A DNA stretch of 61,270 bases from an uncultured Candidatus Bathyarchaeia archaeon (GTDB lineage: Archaea > Thermoproteota > Bathyarchaeia > Hecatellales > Hecatellaceae): NCBI GenBank assembly GCA_964569845.1, contig CAZMUQ010000004.1:1-61270 (forward strand), read 5' to 3'. The translations under genes and the position numbers were made by a program. The notes beneath the pieces were generated by a model, which ran no database searches, was not told where the DNA came from, and worked only from the letters and a program-made list of their open reading frames with translations. Positions 49,536 through 57,536 of the stretch are shown piece after piece; position 1 is the first letter of the stretch, and each line of letters opens with the position of its first letter.

Positions 49536-51065
49536 CTACTGAAAGTTTTTAGATAATTCTTTTAACCGTTTTAAGCAAATTCTTAAAAGTTTTAATCTTA
49601 ATTTTTCACCCCTAAACTTACATTTACTAATAAGCTTAAACTTTTCAGCAAGAAAAGAATCATGTAAGCTAAATTCAGCCCATTTTTCAAAATCACCACG
49701 TTTAACATGAAACTCTAGACTTTTAACATTAACTTTAAGTAAAGCTTGAACAAAGCCTTTTAAACTTAAAACTTCAATTCCCGTAAAATTTTCATCACCA
49801 ACATCAACATAAAACCTAAAAGGTTCATCAGCAGCAAAAGTATAGCTTCTTAGCTTAGCTTCAAAATCAAGAACAGCAATTTGGCATGTAATATATGCAT
49901 CAAACGGGCTACCATAAGGATTAAAATATGAGTGAACTTCACCTGCAGATCCTCCAGCGGTGAACATGTAGTACAAGTGGTCACTTACCTGGAAAAGTCT
50001 CCATATTTTTTTGAATAATAAATTTTGTGATTCTTTAACAAGCTTACTTAAGTTTTTTATAGTTGTATAATATGCCCATTGCATAGAATTACTAAGCCAA
50101 CCGCTTATATCTTTCTCCAAGTCAGCCCATGAAACACCCCCTTTAAAATCTTCAAAATCTATAAAACCTTTAGGCTTATGTTTAGCTAAAACTTCTGATG
50201 GCGTAGCCATAGTTAAATGATTCCATTTCAAAATTTCGATTGGAAGAAAACGTAAAAAATCATGAATACCTGTTTCAGGCCAATGGTGTTCTCCAAAAGT
50301 TTCGTAATCTGGGAAAATGCTTATACATCGACCTGGTGTTGAAGCTAACCATGAAGCATATTTATCTGCTGTTAAAGGCCATTGATCCCAGCTTCTCATA
50401 GAAAACCTGAAGCTTATATCATCTGTAAGCCTACAATTTCTTAAAAGAACCTTTAGATTTTTACATCCAGCTGCTGCGTAAACATAATTTGGCGATAAAC
50501 CCTTAAGAAGTTTTTCTACACCCTCAGCATAAATACCCTTAAAATTAAGCGTTTCAACAGTTTTTGCAATCCTGTTATTATATAAAAGTTCAGTATTTTC
50601 AAAAATTTTAGGTTCAAAATTAAGAAGATCCTTAATAGCTTGCTTATGCATTTTAACTTGCTCAATAAATTCATCCATAGAAGGGTATAGACTGCAAAGA
50701 GAATGGTAGTAAGTTTGACCTAAAAACTCAACACATCCGGTTTCTGCTAACTGTTTGAAGGACTCTAAAACATCCTTATTAAAAAGTTCACATTGTTCAA
50801 GGAAAGTTCCAGATAGGCTAAAGGATACTTTTACCTTTCTTTTTTCATGCTTAAACTTGTCAATTAAGTCTAAAAGAATATTATTAGCTGGAAGGTAGCA
50901 TTTTTCACTAATACGTTTAAAAATGTCTCTGTCAAAATTAATATCAAAATAGTGTTCAAAAAGTTTTTTATTATCAGTTTTTCGAAAGAATTTATGTTCC
51001 CAAAAGAAATTTCTTCTTATTCTGAAGGGTTGATGAACCTCAAAAATTAAAATTATATCAGTCAA
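49536..51065 (-). CDS. GH57 alpha-amylase-like glycoside hydrolase with C-terminal DUF5752-like domain
   Basis: FEVHQP, QTYYHSL, ENTEL, DYETFGEH, QVSDHLYYM; C-terminal FH...DF..W. Confidence 0.9.
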   Translation of the reverse strand: MTDIILIFEVHQPFRIRRNFFWEHKFFRKTDNKKLFEHYFDINFDRDIFKRISEKCYLPANNILLDLIDKFKHEKRKVKVSFSLSGTFLEQCELFNKDVLESFKQLAETGCVEFLGQTYYHSLCSLYPSMDEFIEQVKMHKQAIKDLLNFEPKIFENTELLYNNRIAKTVETLNFKGIYAEGVEKLLKGLSPNYVYAAAGCKNLKVLLRNCRLTDDISFRFSMRSWDQWPLTADKYASWLASTPGRCISIFPDYETFGEHHWPETGIHDFLRFLPIEILKWNHLTMATPSEVLAKHKPKGFIDFEDFKGGVSWADLEKDISGWLSNSMQWAYYTTIKNLSKLVKESQNLLFKKIWRLFQVSDHLYYMFTAGGSAGEVHSYFNPYGSPFDAYITCQIAVLDFEAKLRSYTFAADEPFRFYVDVGDENFTGIEVLSLKGFVQALLKVNVKSLEFHVKRGDFEKWAEFSLHDSFLAEKFKLISKCKFRGEKLRLKLLRICLKRLKELSKNFQ

Positions 51066-51077
51066 GTTTGCAAAATC

Positions 51078-52271
51078 TTAAGCTTTAGCTATAACTTCAA
51101 TAGTTGTTTGACTTGTTGTTGCTAACTCAACTCCACCTCTAAAACCCTGTTTTGAAGAAACATTTTTTAGTTTAACCTTTAAACCCAATGGAAGCTTTGA
51201 AAGTATTTCTGCATGGTCACGCCAAGCTGAAACCTTAATTTCTCCGGTTTCATCCTTTAATAAAAACTCATAAATCTTAACTTTACTACCATCCTTTAAA
51301 GTTACATCTCTAACTCCAAAACTATCTTCAATTACACCTTCAATGGTTAAACCTCTAAGATTTGGTTGGATTTCCTCAATTTTTAAAACTTTTTCTTCAA
51401 CTTTTTCTGTTGAAGGCACAACTTTAACTCTTGAACGTTTACTTAAATGTGCCTCTAAACCTCCAAACATATTTTCTTTAATTCTGCTTCCAAAAATTTC
51501 AAGCTTATCTCCGATTTTAACATCTTTAATTTCATCAACTTTACTATCCCAAAAAACAACATCAACTTCCCCAGTTTCATCTTTAACTTTAACTCTTTGA
51601 ACTTTTCCTTCACCAACAATTCTTTTAAAAAGTTTAACAGGAGAAATGCTTATAACCACACCTTTAAAGTTGAAATCTTTTAGGCCGCTTTTCATCTCTG
51701 AAATTTTACCAAAAAACTCCTCATACTCTGGAATTTCAACCTCAGCAAGATCCGGAGATTCTAGAGTTATTCTACCCTTTTCTCCTAGATGAAGCTCAAC
51801 TTTACCATCAACAGAAAGCCTAGAGTATGCATGTTCAATCTTGACTATGCTGTTAACTTTAACCTCCTGCTCCTCTAAATCCTTAACCTTACCATTCCAA
51901 ACATAAACTTCAACAGTTCCAGTTTCATCTCCAATAAGAATTCTTCTTAAAACACCTTGAGAACCATTACTTCTCTTAAACTTTTGCAGAGGATTAATTG
52001 CTAAAACACGTCCATAAACTGTGACATCATTAAGCCCTGAAACAAGATTTCCAATTCTCATTCTCCTAGAAATTTTAGTATCACTAGTTAAAGAAACACC
52101 AAGTTCAGTAGCAACAAGAAAAGCCGCACCCTCAAAATTTAAAAGATTTTTAGCTTCGATTCTTTTCTCCTCAATAAGTCTAAAAACATCCTCTCTTGTA
52201 AGGTTAGGCTTCTCCTTTAAAATTCTCTTAACAATATCCTCAAGACTATAAGAAAAAACTCCCTGACTCAA
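51078..52271 (-). CDS. rpa: Replication protein A (three OB folds)
   Basis: N-terminal helical domain and three DETG-containing OB repeats. Confidence 0.88.
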   Translation of the reverse strand: MSQGVFSYSLEDIVKRILKEKPNLTREDVFRLIEEKRIEAKNLLNFEGAAFLVATELGVSLTSDTKISRRMRIGNLVSGLNDVTVYGRVLAINPLQKFKRSNGSQGVLRRILIGDETGTVEVYVWNGKVKDLEEQEVKVNSIVKIEHAYSRLSVDGKVELHLGEKGRITLESPDLAEVEIPEYEEFFGKISEMKSGLKDFNFKGVVISISPVKLFKRIVGEGKVQRVKVKDETGEVDVVFWDSKVDEIKDVKIGDKLEIFGSRIKENMFGGLEAHLSKRSRVKVVPSTEKVEEKVLKIEEIQPNLRGLTIEGVIEDSFGVRDVTLKDGSKVKIYEFLLKDETGEIKVSAWRDHAEILSKLPLGLKVKLKNVSSKQGFRGGVELATTSQTTIEVIAKA

Positions 52272-52340
52272 CAGTCTTCAACCCTTAAACAACAAGAAGA
52301 AGAGGAAGGCAAAAAAGTTAACTATTTAGAAAAAGGAGAA

Positions 52341-52570
52341 GCTAACCCCCTCTGGGTCTTGGTTGGGGGTAATTTACCGGCTTCCGCCTGGCTCCCGTCT
52401 ACACCGGTAAATTTCCCCACCCATCACAGTTACACCCAGGCGGGTTTGCTTGGGGTTTCCGAGCCCAGCCCCCAAGCCAAACTAGACGGGATGTAACTGT
52501 GAGAGGGGCTTGTGCCAGCCAACATAAAAATGCTGGCTGAACACAAGACCAAGCTTACCTGGAGGTTAGC
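52341..52570 (-). ncRNA. Unassigned highly structured RNA with terminal BHB-like stem and two pseudoknots
   Basis: GC-rich island in an AT-rich genome; eight helices of 6-12 bp identified by eye; pyrimidine/T tract follows on the minus strand; strand inferred from G-U pairs and BHB polarity. Confidence 0.72.
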
Positions 52571-52679
52571 TGAATTTAAGTTGTTTTCTAAGCCTAATAT
52601 TGTTTATCGATAAAATCGTGAAAAAAGTTGCTTTAAGGGTTACTTTTGATTAACTGAGTATAGGTAAAAGAGGTTTTGT

Positions 52680-52693
52680 CGAAAATTTTATAT
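52680..52693 (+). promoter_or_regulatory. BRE + TATA promoter for the small RNA / fau-1 leader
   Basis: CGAAAA-TTTTATAT; predicted start at about 52718, exactly where the duplicated 31-mer begins. Confidence 0.65.
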
Positions 52694-52717
52694 TTGTAAG
52701 TCGATTTTAGTATATTT

Positions 52718-52768
52718 GAGCCTAGCCCCCAAGCTAAACTAGATGGGAGGGGGGCGTTAAGCCCCCTT
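52718..52768 (+). ncRNA. Small RNA: 31-nt copy of the structured-RNA core plus an 8-bp hairpin
   Basis: 28/31 identity to 52461-52491; hairpin AGGGGGGC-GTTAA-GCCCCCTT followed by T-rich tracts. Confidence 0.6.
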
Positions 52769-52823
52769 AAAACTTTTCTAACACAAGTTTTTTCTTCTTT
52801 TTAGGTTTTGCTGACTTCTTTAG

Positions 52824-53840
52824 GTGAACTATTTGGCTAGCAGATTTAAGGTTGAAGTTAGAGGAATCTATTCTACAGCTCTTACTAGCCTCCTTTCTAA
52901 GGAGTTTGAAGTTGTTAGGATGTCTGGGAAAATTAGGAAAAGATTTAATGTTAACCATGTTTCCCAAGATTTTGGAGATGTTTCCATTTTTGATAGGGAT
53001 GACAAACAAGGAGTTGTTATTCTTGGAATTTTTGAAGCTGCTGAGGCTGTTGTAGATTTTTTAAGAAGAAAACTTCCAGATGTTGTTGTTAGAGAAAAAG
53101 GTGTTAAAGGTTGGTTTGGCTATGGGCATTTTAACGTTGAATTTCCATATTTATCAAAGAGATTTTTAGATGAGGAAAGAAGTAAAATTGTTCCAACAGC
53201 AAACTTACACCATAGATTTAGAGTTTTTGCCTCAGATATTCTTGATGAAGCTGAAAAAATGCTTACTGTATACCCTGAAAAAAGATGCGAAATCGAAGAG
53301 GAGCTTAAAAAGCTTTTAAAATTTAGTGTTGGATGCGAAATTGAGGTTCAACATGTTAAAGTTTTTGGTGGAAGCATCAAGCTTAAGGGTTCTATTGTTG
53401 AAGTTAACTATCTTTTAAAGGTTAAAAGAACATTTAAGGGTTCAGGTTTTTATGATGGCTTGGACATCAAGAAGGAAGAAGGAGATTATGCAATAACTGA
53501 GATTGCTGAAGGCTCGTGGATAACAAAACATTCATATTATAGTTTTGATGGAAAACTTAAAGGAGAATTTTACAATATAAATACTCCAACAGAACTTTAC
53601 CCTTCAAAAGCTAGATATGTAGATCTTGAAGTTGATGTTGTAAAAATTCCAGGTCAAAGACCAAAAATCATTGATAAAGATAAGCTTACAATTCTAGTTG
53701 AAAATAAATGTATTAATGAAGATTTAGCAAGAATAGTTTTGGAAAAAGCTGAAAAACTCTCTAAAATGCTTCAAAAAGGTGAAGAATTATCCATTCTTGA
53801 TGATGAGATTAAACCTTTAGCTTTAAATCTTAGTGCTTAA
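52824..53840 (+). CDS. FAU-1-like RNA-binding protein/ribonuclease (DUF402), shortened
   Basis: VRGIYSTALT, H.VK, YDGL, GDYAITE, GEFYNINTP.E.YP...RYVDLEVDVV. Confidence 0.85.
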   Translation: MNYLASRFKVEVRGIYSTALTSLLSKEFEVVRMSGKIRKRFNVNHVSQDFGDVSIFDRDDKQGVVILGIFEAAEAVVDFLRRKLPDVVVREKGVKGWFGYGHFNVEFPYLSKRFLDEERSKIVPTANLHHRFRVFASDILDEAEKMLTVYPEKRCEIEEELKKLLKFSVGCEIEVQHVKVFGGSIKLKGSIVEVNYLLKVKRTFKGSGFYDGLDIKKEEGDYAITEIAEGSWITKHSYYSFDGKLKGEFYNINTPTELYPSKARYVDLEVDVVKIPGQRPKIIDKDKLTILVENKCINEDLARIVLEKAEKLSKMLQKGEELSILDDEIKPLALNLSA

Positions 53841-53848
53841 GTTAAAAA

Positions 53849-54172
53849 TTAAACTTCTTTTCCTTCTCTCCTCTTAGGGTTATAAACTATTGTGCAATTC
53901 TCCTTATCCACATAAACTTTTTCGATCACCTGAGAAAAAATCCACCAAAGATATGTTTGACCATTCATTGTCCTTAAAAGCTTTTCTTGATTATCAAAAA
54001 GCTTAACATTTCTGAGAATATAAGCCTTTAAAAGGCTACTACCAGAAATTAAAAGAAAAGCTAAACCTTGGTTAACAAAATCTTTAATCTGCTTGACACT
54101 TTTAAAACTTGATTTATGCTCTTCTTTAAGCCAATCTTCAAACTCTTTACAGGTAAACTTAAACTCTACCAT
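53849..54172 (-). CDS. Hypothetical protein
   Basis: 107-aa ORF with GGAGG upstream; no recognisable motif. Confidence 0.55.
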   Translation of the reverse strand: MVEFKFTCKEFEDWLKEEHKSSFKSVKQIKDFVNQGLAFLLISGSSLLKAYILRNVKLFDNQEKLLRTMNGQTYLWWIFSQVIEKVYVDKENCTIVYNPKRREGKEV

Positions 54173-54546
54173 AAGTTAGTAAGCCTCCAATTACAAGATT
54201 AAGCTTAAGATGATATTTATGTTAAGTTAATTTTAGAAAAGCCTAAAAGGAATAATAGCAAAAGAAGAGAAGATTTATAGGGATAAAAATCTCAAATTAT
54301 CCTTTGTGCTACCCTAATTGTTATTATTCCATTTATCTTCAACTTCTGGATGCTTCTAATCCCAACCACAATTTTAGGGATTAACGGAGTTTTTATGTTG
54401 CTGTTTGCTTTTCTATTGCTACATCCATTTTAACATCAATTATAGTAGGAAAAGTTAGAGTTTAAGCTTTGGGAACAATTCTTTAAAATCTTTTCTACTA
54501 GAAAAATTATGAAAAAACTGTTCAGTAAATGTGGGCTTGGTGAAGT

Positions 54547-55398
54547 TTGAGGAGGATAGGAGTTTTTTATGATGAAACTCTAGGCTTAGAAGGTTACCCT
54601 ATCCTTAAGGATAGAGTTAAAGCTGGAATTGAAGGTTTAAGGGAAGAAGGCTTACTGGAGAAAATTCTAATTTTTAAACCTATACAACCATCAGAAGAAC
54701 TTCTTAAAACAATCCACTCTGAAGGGCTGATTAATGCAGTTAGAAAAACAAAATACTATAAAGCTGCACTTCTTTCAGCTGGAGGAACAATTTTAGCTGG
54801 TGAAAAAGTTTTTTTAGGTGAAATTGATAATGCATTTGTTTTTACAGGTACAGCTGGACATCATGCAGGTATTGATGATTTTTGGGGTTTCTGTTATTTT
54901 AATGATGTTGCACTTTCAATCTCAAATTTAAGGTTGAAATTTAACCCTAATCTTAAATTTTCAATCTTAGATACAGATAGCCACCATGGGGATGGAACTA
55001 GAGATATTTTTAAAACTGATAGTTATGTTCAGCATGTTTGCTTCTGTAACCTAGATGAAACTTCAACTGATGAATTAAAAGTTGATATTTCAGTTCCATC
55101 AAGCATTTCTGATGAAGATTATGTTAAACTTGTAGAAGAAAACTATTTTCCAAGATTAAGAAACTTTAAACCTGACATGGTTTTCTGGCATTTTGGTTAT
55201 GATACTTATAAGGAGGATTATGGTTCAAGAGGATTAACTGAGAAATGTTTTCTAGATTTAACTAGGAAAGTTAAAAATGTTGTTGATGAAGTTTGTAATG
55301 GAAAGCTTATTGTTGTTCTTTGCGGAGGTTCAAACAGAAGATTTGCAAAGAGTATTATTCCTAAGCTTATTAGGATTTTAGCTGAGATTGAGGGATGA
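54547..55398 (+). CDS. Compact histone-deacetylase-family protein
   Basis: GHHA, GFCYFND, DTDSHHGDGT, GYD; CGGS in place of GGY. Confidence 0.85.
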   Translation: MRRIGVFYDETLGLEGYPILKDRVKAGIEGLREEGLLEKILIFKPIQPSEELLKTIHSEGLINAVRKTKYYKAALLSAGGTILAGEKVFLGEIDNAFVFTGTAGHHAGIDDFWGFCYFNDVALSISNLRLKFNPNLKFSILDTDSHHGDGTRDIFKTDSYVQHVCFCNLDETSTDELKVDISVPSSISDEDYVKLVEENYFPRLRNFKPDMVFWHFGYDTYKEDYGSRGLTEKCFLDLTRKVKNVVDEVCNGKLIVVLCGGSNRRFAKSIIPKLIRILAEIEG

Positions 55399-56487
55399 TT
55401 GTTGGGCAATCCTGTAGGATTTGTTTATCATGAAGCATACGAAAAATACTTTTTCGGTGAAGAGCATCCTTTTAAGCCAATAAGAGGTAAACTCACCTTA
55501 GAAATTCTTAAGCAGCTAAATGTTTTTAATAGTAAAGCTAAGATTTTTGAAGCTAGACCAGCTTCTATTGAGGAGTTACAATTAGTTCACACAAAAACAT
55601 ACATTGAATATGTAAAAAGAAGGTGTGGTGCAGATTTAGGCTACCTTGATTATGGAGATACACCTGCAAGAAAAGGTGTTTTTGAAGGCGCATGTTGGAG
55701 GGTAGGAGGAACAATTAGGGCTGCTGAGCTAGTTATGGAGAAAGTGGTTTCTCATGCATTTAACCCTGGTGGAGGGTTACATCATGCAAAAGAAAGCTCC
55801 GCTGCAGGTTTTTGTGTTTTTAATGATATTGCTGTAGCTACCAGGTTTTTGCAAAAAAAGTTTAATGTTAAAAGAGTTGCAATAGTTGATGTTGATGGTC
55901 ATCATGCTGATGGAACACAACAAATATTTTACAATGAACCTATTCTCACAATTTCAACTCATAGGTATGATGGAATATTCTACCCTGGAACAGGTAAAAT
56001 TGATGAGGTGGGGATTGGAGAAGGTTATGGTTACAGTGTAAATATACCATTACCTATTGAAGTTGATGATGAAACATACCTTTACTGTTTTAGGGAAGTA
56101 GTTGAACCTTTAATTAGGGCTTATAAACCTGAGGTAATTATAAGCCAGTTTGGGGTTGATGGACATTATCAGGATCCACTTGTAGGTTTAGCCTTAACAA
56201 CAAAAACATACATTGAGGTTGCTAAAAGTCTTCATAATTTAGCCCATCAATTTTCAAATGGTAAATTAATTATTGTTGGTGGCGGCGGATATGATGTTAA
56301 AAATACTGCTAGATGTTGGGCTTTAATGTTTATAACTATAGCTGAAGTTGAAGTTAAAAATGAGGAATATGATAAACTTAAAGATAAGGTTGAATTTAAA
56401 AAAGATGAGAAAAAATTTCTCCTCATTAAGAGGGTAGTTGAAGAATTAAAGAGGAAAATTTTCCCTATACATAGATTAGAGGTGTAA
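55399..56487 (+). CDS. acuC: AcuC-like Zn-dependent deacetylase
   Basis: HPFKP.R, YGDTP, GGLHHA, GFCVFND, DVDGHHADG, GVDGH..DP, GGGGY. Confidence 0.92.
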   Translation: MLGNPVGFVYHEAYEKYFFGEEHPFKPIRGKLTLEILKQLNVFNSKAKIFEARPASIEELQLVHTKTYIEYVKRRCGADLGYLDYGDTPARKGVFEGACWRVGGTIRAAELVMEKVVSHAFNPGGGLHHAKESSAAGFCVFNDIAVATRFLQKKFNVKRVAIVDVDGHHADGTQQIFYNEPILTISTHRYDGIFYPGTGKIDEVGIGEGYGYSVNIPLPIEVDDETYLYCFREVVEPLIRAYKPEVIISQFGVDGHYQDPLVGLALTTKTYIEVAKSLHNLAHQFSNGKLIIVGGGGYDVKNTARCWALMFITIAEVEVKNEEYDKLKDKVEFKKDEKKFLLIKRVVEELKRKIFPIHRLEV

Positions 56488-56495
56488 GTTAAATT

Positions 56496-56912
56496 TTGAA
56501 GAATAAACCTATTGTTGCATCTTCAGCTTTAGTTGAAAAAAACGGAAAAATTTTGCTTGTTAAAAGGAGATTTCAACCCCACCCAGGTTGGTGGGCTCTA
56601 CCTGGAGGAATAGTGGAATACGGGGAAACTGTGGAAGAAACAGCTATAAGGGAGATTAAAGAGGAAACAGGAGTAGATATTGAAATCAAGAAGCTTCTTG
56701 GAGTTTATGACCTGATAATTAGAGATAAAATTTCAGGAAAAATTGAAAAACAATATGCTATTGTATGCTTTATTTGTGAATGTAAAGATGAGGGAAGAAT
56801 AAAACCAAATTATGAAGTTTTAGATGCAAAATGGTTTAGCCCTGAGGAAGCCAAAAAACTTCAGCTTGTACCAACAACTAGGAAAGCCCTAGAAGATGCG
56901 GGATACATTTAA
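56496..56912 (+). CDS. Nudix hydrolase
   Basis: Nudix box GGIVEYGETVEETAIREIKEETG. Confidence 0.92.
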   Translation: MKNKPIVASSALVEKNGKILLVKRRFQPHPGWWALPGGIVEYGETVEETAIREIKEETGVDIEIKKLLGVYDLIIRDKISGKIEKQYAIVCFICECKDEGRIKPNYEVLDAKWFSPEEAKKLQLVPTTRKALEDAGYI

Positions 56913-57082
56913 AGAAGACAACTAGTTAGCAGATTAGCTCCCTGCAGAACAATTAACGCATCCTTAGTTTCTACGATAACTTCGATGCCGCATATCTTTA
57001 TGGACAAAATTTGTAAGGGTATGTTTATAGCTGAACCTTCTACTACTAAATAAAGCTTTGAGGTTAAGCATTTTAGCGTGTT

Positions 57083-57286
57083 TTATGGTGGCTGAACATG
57101 TTTAAGTTTTTTGCTGGCTTGTTCTCCTCCAATACCCCAATTTTCTTTTGGGACCTCATGAATTATAACTTCAACTGCTTCTTTAGGTATACCCATTTCC
57201 GTGAAAAGATTAGTTATACCTGATATTACCTTTCTTTTAGCTTCATCTGAAAAGCCACTCCAAACATATACATGAACAACAGGCAT
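57083..57286 (-). CDS. 4-oxalocrotonate tautomerase family protein
   Basis: Pro-1 start MPVVHV, K.....IT, EV.I.EVP.ENWGIGG. Confidence 0.92.
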   Translation of the reverse strand: MPVVHVYVWSGFSDEAKRKVISGITNLFTEMGIPKEAVEVIIHEVPKENWGIGGEQASKKLKHVQPP

Positions 57287-57536
57287 AAACTAAAATTCTA
57301 CCCAACACAATTTAAAGCTTTACCTATCCCTTATCATTACCCCTTCTTTTCAAACCCTAACTTAAACCTTACCAAGAAAAACCAATTCTAGCATCAAATC
57401 ATATTTCTTCTGTCCTTAATTTGGCCTTATGAACCTTTACTTATAATTTTTCATGTGTTGCACTATGCATAAGCTCAGCCTTAGAAGTATCAATTCCTGC
57501 TCCCCAACACTATTAAACAGCTTAATTAGTCTAGTA

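Noticed and set aside
52341-52570. Structured RNA as RNase P or SRP RNA
   Set aside because: No GAGGAAAGUCC/ACAGAA P4 signature in the right order; GCCAGGCGGAAG lacks the CAGG..GNRA..AGCA helix-8 geometry; circularisation does not restore either motif
52341-52570. Structured element as a MITE with terminal inverted repeats
   Set aside because: No target-site duplication in the flanks, no transposase in the window, and the internal pseudoknots and G-U pairs point to RNA-level selection
52767-53009. 80-aa minus-strand ORF with a poly-Lys tail
   Set aside because: Shadow of fau-1 and of the T-rich tract
56915-57050. GSAINIPL fragment resembling DUF1614, and stop-ridden coding-like sequence at 57300-57500
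   Set aside because: Too short and degenerate to assign without a database search
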